Under the pieces are notes generated by a model. It did no database searches. It was not told the DNA's origin and saw only the letters and a program-made list of their open reading frames with translations. Shown here piece by piece: positions 1-12,373 of a stretch of DNA of 64,000 nucleotides (positions are counted from its first letter, which is position 1; each line of letters opens with the position of its first letter). Source of the stretch: Blepharisma stoltei ATCC 30299 (taxonomy: Eukaryota > Protista > Ciliophora); the NCBI GenBank assembly GCA_965603825.1, contig CBFDEM010000036.1:124001-188000 (forward strand). The letters run 5' to 3'. A program made the position numbers and the translations under genes.

Positions 1-3000
1 CATCTCAGTTGATAGCTCCTCCTTTATAAGCCGCCCAATTGTTACTAAAATTGTTTGAGGAAATATCAAAATAGCAAGGAATTTCTGATTCCTCACAGCC
101 AATTTTTATAGCTCCTCCCATTCCATCAATTATTTCTTGAACTGATTTAGACTCCCAATCTTTAGCGTAATTTTCATCAAATATTGATGAAAAAACATTC
201 AAATTTATATTATTTGCCCAAATGGCTCCTCCACTGCCAGCTATATTTGAAATAAATCTAGAAGATTTTATATTGCATTGAGAAGAATTAAGATGATCAG
301 CTTTATTTTCTATATAAATAGCTCCACCTTTTTGAGCAGCATTATCGAAAAACTCAGATGAAATTATAGAAATATTATTACAGTCCGAGCAATATAATCC
401 CCCTCCAGTACTGCTATAGCCGTTTAAAAAATAGGATGATTCCGCTAATAAATTAATTTGAGATCCATAAATGCAAGAATTTGAATAATTCGTAAATGAT
501 GTGTTTGCTATTTCGATGAAGCTTGAATATGAATCGATTGATGAGTTTGAATTTATGAATATTGAATCTTTTAGAGTAAGGTTGCTGCTTTCATATAAAT
601 AAATTGATCCACCTGCACTATTTGAAAAAAGATTTAAAAATGTTGATGAAAAAATCTTTAGGGTGCTAAATGTTGAGTGCAAAGCTGCTCCAGAATTGTT
701 TGAAAATCCATCATGGAAGTTTGAATTTATGATCGTTACGGAACTGGAGCTTAACAAAATAAAGCAGCCTTCATCTCCATTTTGATTAGAAAAGGAAGTG
801 TTGCCAATCACAGCATTTGAGTCTTCTAGATGAATGCCTGGGTATTTTTGGCTGACTGAGTTATTAGAAATTTCTGAGGAATTAATAGAAATAAGTGATG
901 CTAAAAGAGCTATAGTTCCTTCACCGTATGAATAGTTTTCAATTACCTTAGAATTATCTATTGACGAATTAGCATGTACGCTTGCCATAAATATAACTGA
1001 TCCTCTATTTTTACACGAGTTTTTATTAAGTATTGAGTTATATATATGAAATGTAGCATCTGAGTCAGCATATATAACACCTCCTGATGATTTTGAGGAA
1101 TTCTCTGTAAATTTGCAAGAAAAGCAAAAGTATTGAGACTTCAAGCTAATTGAAGCTATTCCACCATTAAGACTGCTACTACAGTTTATATAAATTGCAT
1201 TTTCAGCTACAAAAATAGCAGAATTCTTTAAGTTTAGAACTCCTCCAGAATTTGGTGAATAATTGTGCTGAAATCTTGAATTTTTATCAATTACATAGCC
1301 ATTATCAAGTGAAAATACAGATCCATTATTATATTCAAATAAGCAATAATTTGTCTCTAGTGTTGAGTTTGTATTTTGATTATCCAGTGATATAGTCATA
1401 TTACCTGTATTAAATTGAAAATTGCAAGAATTTAAAATCAATTTTGAAATTTTTTCAGGATTGTTTTCACCTATTCCTATATTTAACCCTGAGCTAAATA
1501 ACCCATCGTTCTTAACAAAATTGCAAGAATTAATTTCCAATAACCCATAAACATAATAAATTCAAATAGTGCCTGAGAAGCTTGCTTTATTTTCTTGAAA
1601 TTTACAATTATTTATTGAAGAAACAGTAGAAAGTTGGACATTTCCGTCAATAAAAAGCGAAGAGCCTGCATATGCCTTGTTGTTATAAAAATCAGTATTA
1701 TCAATTTTCAGCGTTAATAAGAATTCTACCGAAGAACTTTTTGATATGAAAATTCCCCCGCCATTGAGAGTGCAGGAGTTGCTTGTAAAAGTTGTTTTCA
1801 TGATAGAAAATAAAAAGTCCTTGACATCGTAAAGAGATAAAGAATAATAAACAGCGCCTCCATTTAAACTAGGCGATTTATTTGATTCAAAATGTGAAGA
1901 GATAATTCTAAGGTTCTGACCTACAAAATACAAAGCTCCACCTAAATCTGCGATATTATCTAAAAATGAACAATTTTGTAACAATAAATCGGAAAAACTA
2001 TTTATCACACCTGGATTTCTAGGCTGATTATTTTTATTTGAGATGAAAAATGAGTCCTTAATAGTCATAGACGCATTTTTATTTAGTGTTAAACAAATCC
2101 CATTGGAACCTGATCCATAGTTGTTTTCAAAATTTGATGAGCTTATTGTTGAATTTATTGTATTTGATATAATAATTCCTGGCAAATAGTTTTTACAATA
2201 ATTATTTAGAATGCTCACTTTGTCTAGACTAAAGTTAATTGAATCTGATATTGATGATAAAGACTCACAATTTAAATCTGGAGGATCAGTAGCGTTGAGC
2301 TTTATATACATATCTGGATTTTCAATAAAGTATTTCAAAATTATTGAGTTAGAATTCATAGATTCAGATGAAATTACGCCATTTGAAACCATAAAAATGT
2401 CCCTTAAATCGATATTAATCATTTTTACAATTTCAAGGATACCACTGCTAGCAGAGTAATTTTCAACAAAGCTTGAGTTTTGAATTTTTAATCATTTTGC
2501 TAAGTGCTTTCCTTCAGTAACATTTTGGTCATTAACAGAGATTTCTAAAATAAAATCTGATAAATATTTTTGGTTGATATAATCACTTTCAATATATATC
2601 AAAGGTCCAGTTTCAATCCCATTCAAAGTAAATGATGAATTTTTAATTAATAAATTCTGAGGCTCATATTTATAATATGAGTATAGTACTCCTGCCACTT
2701 TCCCATAGTTTGATGTAAAATTTGAGTTCACAATATGAATATGATTAAGAGTTGAATAAATAATTTCTCCATCGTCATTAGTTTCATTACTAAAATCATA
2801 ATATTGAGGTTGTATATTTATTATTCCAAACTCGCAATAGTTATATATAAAAATGCAAGAATCAATTTCTAACATCTGAAATATATTTAGAAATAATAAA
2901 GTGCCTCTGTTCGTAGAAATTAATTGCGGTTCCAGCACTACGTTATACATAAAATTAACATTTCTCAAAGAAATAGATTTCGAAAAAATCACATTTAAAA

Positions 3001-4796
3001 ATCCTTTCATATGAATTGAATCCTTTATTTCATATCCATTATTGACCCTACTCACAGTGCCTTTATTAAATTGTAGGCATCCTAGGCTGTTCCATGAAAT
3101 AATCGCAGAATTATCGTTATTATGAACTTTAATATTATCAAACGTGACATTATTGAGAGTCAGGTTGCTGCCATTTGTGATCCAAAAAATCGAATTAAAA
3201 TCTGTTCGAAAATTTATAAAACTCACGTTGTTAAACACTAAATTGCTTGATATAACATCAAAAAAATTTATAGCGTTATTCATTGAACATCAAGAAATAG
3301 GTAAAAACGCCCCAATTCTTTCATCTCTATCGTTATAATAAATACTTAAATCTGAGCTTGTTGTAACAATAGGGCAATAATCGCAGTAATTATCATTATT
3401 ACAAAAGGAATCTGTATTTTTCCAGTCAAAAATGACATTATTTACTTCTAAATTTGAAATATCTGTTAAAGGAAATCAAAAAATTGACAGAGAAATATCG
3501 TTTTTTGCTCTTTTTATAGTGATTGGAGAATTATCTAAAGGTTTAATTTTTATATTTCTTGAAGTTAAAAATCCAAAAATATGTTTTGGGTTGTGATATT
3601 GATTACCCGTGTAACGATTTTTATATTTTATAGGCCGCTGTTCAGTATAGTAATTGCTTTGAGATAAATAAATAATCGAATACCTATACAGAACATTTGA
3701 AAGTGCATAACTTAGAGATGAAAATTGAGAATAATAAGTGCCATTCCCACTTATTCAATTAGCATTTTGACTTGGCTTCACAAAATAAACATGAGGGTTT
3801 TTTGCTGACGAAGTATCATTTGGAAGCATCTTTACAAGTGATCCATCAGGTAATAGCCAGGTGCCTACATCTCAATTTATATATGCTGTACAAGCTTGAT
3901 TTCATAAATAAGTAACAACTTGAACTATATTGTTTATGCATGAGAGGCACCCACTAAAATTATTATAAGACCGACGGCAATAATAATTGCGATAATTTTC
4001 GCAGTTGCCATTGGCATAATTGCATTCTAAAATATTGCACTCTTGATAACAATTTAAAAAATTTAATGCTTTTTCTGCTGAGCATGTATAATTAGAAGCT
4101 TTATAACAGTCCTCTAGATGCACAACATATGAAAAATCATTCCGGATAATTTGCTGATAGGATGAAAAAATAGCTAATGACTTGTTTTGGCATCAGTTGT
4201 TAGGATATTGGTCCACTTTGTCATAATTGCAGTTTAATGTCATGCATTCTGGCTTGCATTTTCCATAATCTGTCCATTTACAATTATCTGAACATTGGCA
4301 ATCTTTATAATCGTATAAACAATCTTCATTATTGCAAGCAGAATCGCATACTCCATTTCCTAGCATGGCGGGAAAGCATCCATCTGCGCACTGTCCACAG
4401 TCATGATTATCAAGGTCGCAGCTTCAGTTATCACATTTTTCGTCACAATTTCCGTCACCAAGCATAGAATTTAAACACCCTGGGGAACAAGTGCAATCGC
4501 CTCAATCATACCCGCAGTTTTCAGTGTTACAAGACGCATCGCAGATTCCATTTCCTAGATTTTGGGGATCGCAACCATCTAAAACACAGTTTTCATAGCA
4601 ATCTGATTGTTTTTTATCAATTGAACCAAAGAACTGAGCGCTAGTGTCATAGTCACAATAGGATGTCATGCATTCAGGATTGCACTGGCGATTACTTTTC
4701 TACTTTAAAAATTACTTGAATATCTGGACAAATCGATGAACTGCAAGTAAGATTTAAGCCTTTGGCAAACAACAAGGAAAGAGCTAGAAAAATCAT
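1..4796 (-). CDS. Family A receptor copy A1 (signal peptide-LNR-beta-helix...), 3' end runs off the window
   Basis: ATG at 4796 (MIFLALSLLFAKGLNLTC). A 16-nt intron lies at 4700-4715. ORF-track pieces 3902-4123, 2492-3283, 1562-2422 and 5-1540 are all in one frame, separated by TGA. LNR motifs (GNGICDASCNTENCGYDWGDC) and GGAI/FxxN repeats. Colinear with A2 and A3. Confidence 0.92.
4700..4715 (-). other. 16-nt spliceosomal intron GTAATTTTTAAAGTAG
   Basis: GT-AG. Removal restores the frame (CPDIQ|KSNRQCNPEC). Same position in all 7 receptor genes. Confidence 0.92.
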
Positions 4797-5050
4797 TTTT
4801 TCAAAATTAAATATAAATTTCAATTGCTTAAATAAAATTATGATAAAAAAGTTAGTCATATTTAATTATTTAATATATTATCACTAGCTTTTTTTTTTAA
4901 TTTAGAAGTTTGAGAAAACACTATTACAATAATCTCTATTTTCATCGGCAAATATTCAGATAATTATTTCAAAGTTTATCTATAATTTAAACTTTTATGA
5001 TGAATTTATTTTAATAATTTTTCTAATTTACTAAGAGCCTCGAATGTTAC

Positions 5051-8000
5051 TTATTGAATGCTCTCTTTATTATCTAGAGCATTGCTTTCATTGATTGATA
5101 TGCTATTTGATGCTAAGGAAACTTCAATTAGATTGAAAGCTGCTTTTGAATTTTCACTTTTATAACTGTTTTCTTCTGAGTAATTTTCCACTTTTTTGGA
5201 TTTTCTGAAGCTCCTAACTTTATTAATTATTGACCGAGAAATCGTTTTGATGACGCAAAATGATCAATAAATTAAAAAATAACAATTTGCTATTACTATA
5301 ATCGTAAAGAAAAAGTATCCAGCTTCATCACTTAAAGATCCCATTAAATAGTAAAGCCCACTTCATATAGTGGCTGCACACACTATCCTTGACCTTAATT
5401 CCATTTGATTTAGATTAGGCTCAATATAAGGGTTATTTGAATACTGTAGTCGTAAATATATTGAATATAAAATAGCCACAATTATTGCTTGAATCTTTAA
5501 AGATACTCTTGCTAAAAAAACTGAACAGCAAATAAGAATAATTTTGCTATACAAAATGATAAATTCCCAAAAATAGTGATTATCTTTGTATCCATTGAAA
5601 AGAAATCCATATCTTAGACGCACACCTAAATCACTAAGTCTGCTTCTATTTCTAATAATATTTATCAAGCAAACTGTCGGTAAAATAATTCCTCATAAAA
5701 TAATAGATGGCAACGAAATGGTTGTCACATAAACTATATGATCATAATTTCAGCATCTAATATCAAGATTTTCTTCTAACCAATATTCGCCAGGATTAAT
5801 TTCTGTGCAATTCATTGAAGCAAACATTTTTCTCACTACACTTGGATGAATTAAAAATAATAAAATAATCCCAGTTGATATAAAATCATCCCAAAATGTT
5901 TTATATGAAGTTTTGACTAATTTTATAATAATCCAAAAAAATAAACTCAAAACCAGCATAGCAGCTGGAATTAAAGCTACCATAATAAGAATTTTGAAAT
6001 AAACTAAATTGCTGCTATTATTTGCTCCAAATAAACACTCAAATGAATAAATTTGCTGGTATACATAATCTGCATTATTTTGAATTTTAAAAAGGCTTAA
6101 AACTTCAGATGATCAGTTGAGCTTAAAAGTGGATACTAAAATGATCATTTGAAAATAATTCAAAAATATTTTTATGAAAATTGAAATTTGGGACTTTGGC
6201 TTTAGAGCGGATTTTCTTGTTGTTTTTATGATAATTACCAATAAAAAGATCATTCCTATTGTTATGCCTATAGTCATTATAACGTTGGTTTTAAATCCTG
6301 GACACTTTTCACATTTGTTGCTTGAGGTATAAGAAAATCCTGCTTTGCAAGATTGACATTTATTGCCCTTGTAGGCTTCACTGCATTCACCTGTATATGA
6401 AATATTATTTATATTAGGTGAGCCTAAACAAGAAGAAGGATTAGGGCATTTTCAAAATTTATCTGTAAGCATATTATCTCTCCAATATCCAGGTCGTGGA
6501 ACCATTGTATAATTTCCAAGGCATTGAGCTGCATCGGGACAAGAAAGGCAAGAAATCAAGTCTGGGTTCAAACTATAAAACCCTTGAGGACATATTTGAC
6601 AATTTTTTCCTGATTTGACCTCTCCAATTTTGCATTTTCTCATATTCACATTTAATATCAAATTTTGACTATAATAGTTTTGACCTGAAGATTTTATTTT
6701 GGAAATATCAATTGCCGAAGAGGTAGCAATTATTTGGATATTCGATCCAGGCTCATCAGAAATAACAAATTCAGAGAAGTTAAATATTCCTTTTAATGCA
6801 GTAACTTTTGTTGCTCCTGAAATTTGGGTCGTTAAACTTGTAGATTTAAGCACTGCTTCACTAACATTATCAGTAGCTATGATATAATTTAAATCGTCAA
6901 CCAAAGCAATTTGCAGTTGATTTTTAATATTTTGTCCAGGTGCTATTTCTGTTAAATTTAGGCTTGAAACAGGGTCTGATAATGATCTTTTGCTATTAAA
7001 ATCTGCTAGACTGCCATCTGCTTTTACTTGCATTAGTTTGATTGGAAACGAAGCTATATCTTTACCGTATTGAGCTGCATTATTCTGGTATGTATTATTG
7101 AAAAGTGAAGGAGTTTGGTCATCTCAGCTGATACCTCCACCATTATATTCTGCGAAGTTTTCAATAAAAACGCCTGAATTAATATCAAATTTACATTTTT
7201 TTGTATCGAAACAGTTCATATTGATTCCCCCTCCGATCCCACTATCAATGTTTTTAGTTGTTGAGTATTGGCCTGGAATCGCTTTATTCTGCTTAAAATT
7301 GGAAAAAATTATTTTTAAATTTGCATTATTCGAGTATATTGCTCCTCCGTTTTGTGCCAAATTATTTATAAATTTGCTTGAAGTCACATTAACGTTACTA
7401 CTGATATCTTTTGTGGATTTAAAATATAAAGCACCTCCATATAAAGACGCAAAGTTATTTGCAAAATTACAATATATAATTTCTATATTCCTACATGAAT
7501 CACAATAAAGGGCTCCTCCATTATTTCCTGAGCCGTTGCTTAGCGAAGAATTTATAATTTCTAGCTTTTTTAATTGTTTTCCATATATCCCTGTAAGAGA
7601 AAATTTATTAAAAATTGAATTTTCTATAGATAATTCAACTTGATTCGCATTGATTACTCCACCTCCAATAGGGCTTTCTATATCAACGAAATTCGAGCTA
7701 TTTATGGATATTTGGCTATCGAAAGAAGCATAAATTGCACCTCCACTAGGAGATGATAATTTGTTAAAAAATGAGTCATTGATTAATAATGTGCTTGAGC
7801 TTGCATAAATTGCTCCACCTCTTTCATTTGATTTTCCATTAGAAAAGGTTGCATTAGCTACATATGCATTGCTTTCAGCTAATAAATATATAAAACTTCC
7901 TGAAGTACTTCTTTGATTTTCAAATTTTGAATCATATATTTCTGCATTCGAATATGTTAGTGATAACCCTGGACTGTATCCGTCTGCAGAATTATTGCTA

Positions 8001-11000
8001 AAAATAGATGATGAGATTACTATTTTTGAACTAACCAAATAAATCAAACCTAAGTTTGATGCATAATTATTGGAAAATTGGGATAAAATTAGAGAAGAAG
8101 GCACCAAATTGCAGTTAAAAGCATAGATTGCAGACCCATCACTTTCGCATGAATTTTTTTCTAATTTTGAATTTAATATAAAAAATTGAGACTCTTGTTC
8201 AGCGTTTAGTACTCCACCTCTCATTTTTGCTTTATTTTGAATAAATGAACAACTTTCACAATGAAAAATCGATTTCGAAGTAATTGCTATGGCTCCTCCG
8301 TATTCCTCACATGTATTATTTAAAAATTGCGATGAGCTTGCATATAAAATAGCAGAGTTTTGAAGGTAAAAACAAGATCCATAAGGAGCAGAATTAAACT
8401 GAAAAACAGAACCATTATCTGTAAAATAATCAAAATTCAAAAAAGCGACTCTTGCATTGTTGTATTCAAAAACAGAATTCTTAGTTTCAACAGTTGAATT
8501 TCTATTTTGACTGTCTGCATATATAACTGAGCTTCCAGTATTATTTCTGAAAATAGAGAGCTCAATGCATATTTTTGAAGGCAAATTTTTTTTATCTTCT
8601 CCTATATCAATTGCCAAAACAGCAGCCAAATATGAAGAATTTTCAATGAAAACACAGGATTTAAAAGATAAAATTCCACTGCTGAAATATAGTATTATAG
8701 TTCCTGACTGTTTTGAAACGTTTTCATTGAAACTAGAAACTAATATAACTGACTCTTTAGAAAGTGCTACTGAGCTATCGATATATAAGGCTGCACCATT
8801 ATGTGCATAATTTCCTATAAAATTTGATTGCAAGATTCTAAGATCAAGACTTTCTGATGGTCTTGAGCTCTGAGTCAAAAAAATTGCTCCTCCATTAGAA
8901 GAAGCTGAATTTTGGATAAAATCACTTGATGATATAAGAAGCGACGATATTTTATTATTTTGCAGCAAAGAAATAAAATATAAGGCTCCACCACTGCCCT
9001 GCCTTGACTCATTTGAATCAAAGATTGAAGACTCAATAAAAATACTTACTCCTGAAAAATAAACTGCAGGGGATAAACTTGCTGAGTTATTAATGAAAGA
9101 ACAGTTTGATATATATAAAATATTCTCACTCTCTACCCCTAGTGCACCATATCCTGAAATGTAATTGTTTATATTCTCAATAAATTCTAAATTAGTGAAA
9201 TTTCTATCATAAGATCCTGTAAAATAAAAACATACTGGCAATCGTCCATTTCCAACATTTCCAGAGCAGCTTAGAGAATTTAAACTATTGGAATTTGAAT
9301 TATCAATTATAAAAGTTGGCGATGAATTTCTGCAGATATTTTTTGTAATATTAACACCTTCAATACCTAAATTAATTGATTTCGATAAACTCACCATATA
9401 TTCACAATCTAAAGTTTTTGCATCATATTTTTCTTTACTTATATACAAGTCTCAAGCATCCCTATTTTCAATAAAATATTTAAGAACTAGGGAATTGACA
9501 TCTGCATCATCGTACGGAGATCCATTAGAATCTATAGTCAAATTTTTTAAATCAAAGTTGACCAAATTTACTGCAGTGATCATTCCTTTGGCATGATTAT
9601 TTTTGAAAGAAATATCAATAAATTTGCATCATCTCGGGACTGAAAAGACATCAATGGATCTTGAATTCTTTATAATAATTTGGGTTGTTTTGGTTTTATA
9701 ATAATCTAATATGGCTGAGTTGTATATATAAATTAATGAATTACTTTCTGCTCCATTTAATTCAAAGGTCAAATTGCTTAGGTGAACATTTAATAGCAAG
9801 CCAACAAACTCTACACGGATTAATCCCAATTTTCCATAGTTTGATATAAAATTGGTGTTCTTAATGTCTATGTGAGAAATAGTCACATAAGTTAAATATC
9901 AAGTTTCGTTAAAACTAGAATCATAACTGTCTATATTTAATTTGCTGTAAAATATCCCTGTTTCGCAATAATTATACATAAAAGTGCAGTTATCCATTTC
10001 AAATTTTGCCAAATTGCTAATATATATTAGTGAGCCACTCGAAAGAGAGCTTTGCGGTTTTAAATAAATCAAATTATATTTAAAATCCACATTTTTTATA
10101 GTAAGAGCTGAATTTGATTCATAATATAGAAATCCCCGAAAATCAAGTGGGTCTCCAAATTCAAATCCGTTATTTAATCTAGTCACAGAGCCTCCTAAGT
10201 AAGTAAAATTTCCATCTGGATGCACAACTGCATTTTTTTCTTTACCACTTAGCCATATATTATCAAAAAATACATTAAATAGCTCAATTGCCCCATTCCC
10301 AGATATAATGGAGTCATAATTGAATCTAAAATTTCTAATTTCAACATTCGTTAATGTAAATGCAGATTTAGCATAAAATAGGCTAAGACTCCCAGTTTCT
10401 TCAATCTGGCAGCTATCTAAAGATATATTTTGTGATATGCGCTGATTTCTATCATTATAGTAATAGCCGTCACTTTCATTATAAAAACTATAGGCACAAT
10501 AATCGCAATATATAGAATTACACCCATTATCCTGTCCAGATCCATCGATAATCACATTTTCAAACTTGATATAAGAAACCATTGAGCATGAAAGCCGCGA
10601 TCATCCATTAATCTTTATCAAAATCTTACTTCCATCATACGAGGCTATAACAACAGATGAGACTTTTCCTAAAGGATCACAGTCAGTTAAAGTATAATTT
10701 CCATCGTTATATAAATAGAAATAAATTTGTTGATTATCTCATTCTGGTGGATCAAGTATTTCAGTATTAGACAGTTTAGACTGTAATGCATAATCAAGTG
10801 TTTCAAAAGGAAAAATCAAAGTCCCATTTCCTGATGGATAAGGCCCTTTCTGAGTTGAAGTCACATAATAAAACTGAAAGTCTGGATGCTTAAAGAGTTT
10901 TCAATTATTATAGTAGAGTAAATAAAATTCACCTATGTATAAAGCCGAAGGATAACAGACATTGTTTAAGGCTCCACATAGATCACAGCTGTAAAGATTA

Positions 11001-12172
11001 CAATAATTACATAAATTTCCTTCAGGAAAATCAGGACAATTCCTTAAATCTATAATGTGGCATAAGCCGTAATTACATTCTCTAAAAAAACATTCAGGGT
11101 AGCATGATACTGAGTCTAATGACATTGTTACATTGCATTTATTAGATGATACAATTGAGCAAGCTTCAAAAGATACAATAGCATTTAAACTATGATAAAA
11201 ATATTGCTGATAAATGGTGTATTTTATTAAATCTTCATCATAGCACCACTTGCTAGGATCACTGCTTACTCTATCATACTTGCAATCACTTACTAAACAC
11301 TCTGGTTTGCATTTTCCATAATCTTCTGGCATACAATAAGGTGAACACCCACAAGCAAAATTGTCATATTTACAACGAAAAGTATTGCAAGCTTCATCAC
11401 ATACCTCGTTTCTAAGCATGTCTAAATAGCATCCACTCTCACAAAAGCCACAATTTCCAGCATCAAAATCACAATCATAGGTATTGCAAACCTCATCACA
11501 TATATCATTTTGTAATAACTCTAAAGTGCATCCAGAAAAGCAATCACAGTCGAATTCATCATAATTGCATTCTTCGACATGACAAGCTTCGTCACAAATG
11601 GAATTTCCAATCATTCACAAATAGCAATTAGGTGCACAAGTGACATTGAAGCAGTCTCCATTATCATAATTGCATTGGGAATTATTACATTCATCATTAC
11701 ATATCCCATCTCCTCATATAGTCAAATTGCAGCCTTCAGCACATTCTCAGCAGGCTCCCATGTCAAAATAGCAAGATTCTGTAGCGCACTCAGGATCGCA
11801 CTCGTTTCCTAATTGAGATTTTTGACCTATATATGGAATACATGATTGAGCGCAGTAACCGCAATCTCCTAAGTCATATCCGCAATAAAACTTATCGCAC
11901 CAATCATCGCAATAGCCATCCCCAAGAAAATTCAAATCGCAAGATCTAACGCTGCTAGGGCATTGTGAAAGACAATCTGAGCTTTCAACTTGAGTTGAGG
12001 AATTATAAAGACCTCCTGTATCATAATTGCAAAAAGGATTCATGCAGCCAGGATTGCATATGCCATCGCCTCGCTGATTAGGAATTACGAATATTGGAGG
12101 GCATTTGTTGGGATTGCACAGCATATCTATGCTAAAAACAGGAATTCAAAAGATCAAAGAAAGCCAGAACAT
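5051..12172 (-). CDS. Family B receptor copy B1, ~2368 aa: signal peptide, ~7+2 LNR, beta-helix, stalk, Cys-rich module, ~9 TM
   Basis: ATG 12172 (MFWLSLIFWIPVFS), TAA 5051-5053. All ORF-track fragments share one frame joined by TGA. C-terminal RYGFLFNGYKDNHYFWEF motif plus hydrophobic segments. Confidence 0.92.
12074..12088 (-). other. 15-nt in-frame, stop-less intron GTAATTCCTAATCAG (read as VIPNQ in the ORF track)
   Basis: GT-AG with A at -6. Homologous position to the family A introns. Removal gives CPPIF|RGDGICNPGC, which aligns gap-free to A CPDIM|KGNHQCNPEC. Confidence 0.82.
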
Positions 12173-12373
12173 ATTTTTATTAAAAATTGAGGAAAATCAA
12201 GAAATTATATTTTTCTAAAAAGATTAGATCTATAAGAAAAATAATATTACAATAATCTCTATTTTTATAAGCACAAATTCAAATAATTATCTCAAAGTTT
12301 AGCTACCGTTTAAGCATTTATGATGAATCTATTTTAATAATTTTTCTAATTTAATAAGAGCCTCGAATGTTTC

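Noticed and set aside
7124-9448. Bacterial origin (Chlamydia Pmp autotransporters, or Mycoplasma/other code-4 genome)
   Set aside because: No autotransporter beta-barrel. GT-AG tiny introns are required, and there are disulfide-rich LNRs, a polytopic eukaryote-type TM domain and a LINE relic.
10901-12124. Notch ortholog
   Set aside because: Only LNRs are present. There is no EGF array or ankyrin domain, and the protein is multi-pass.
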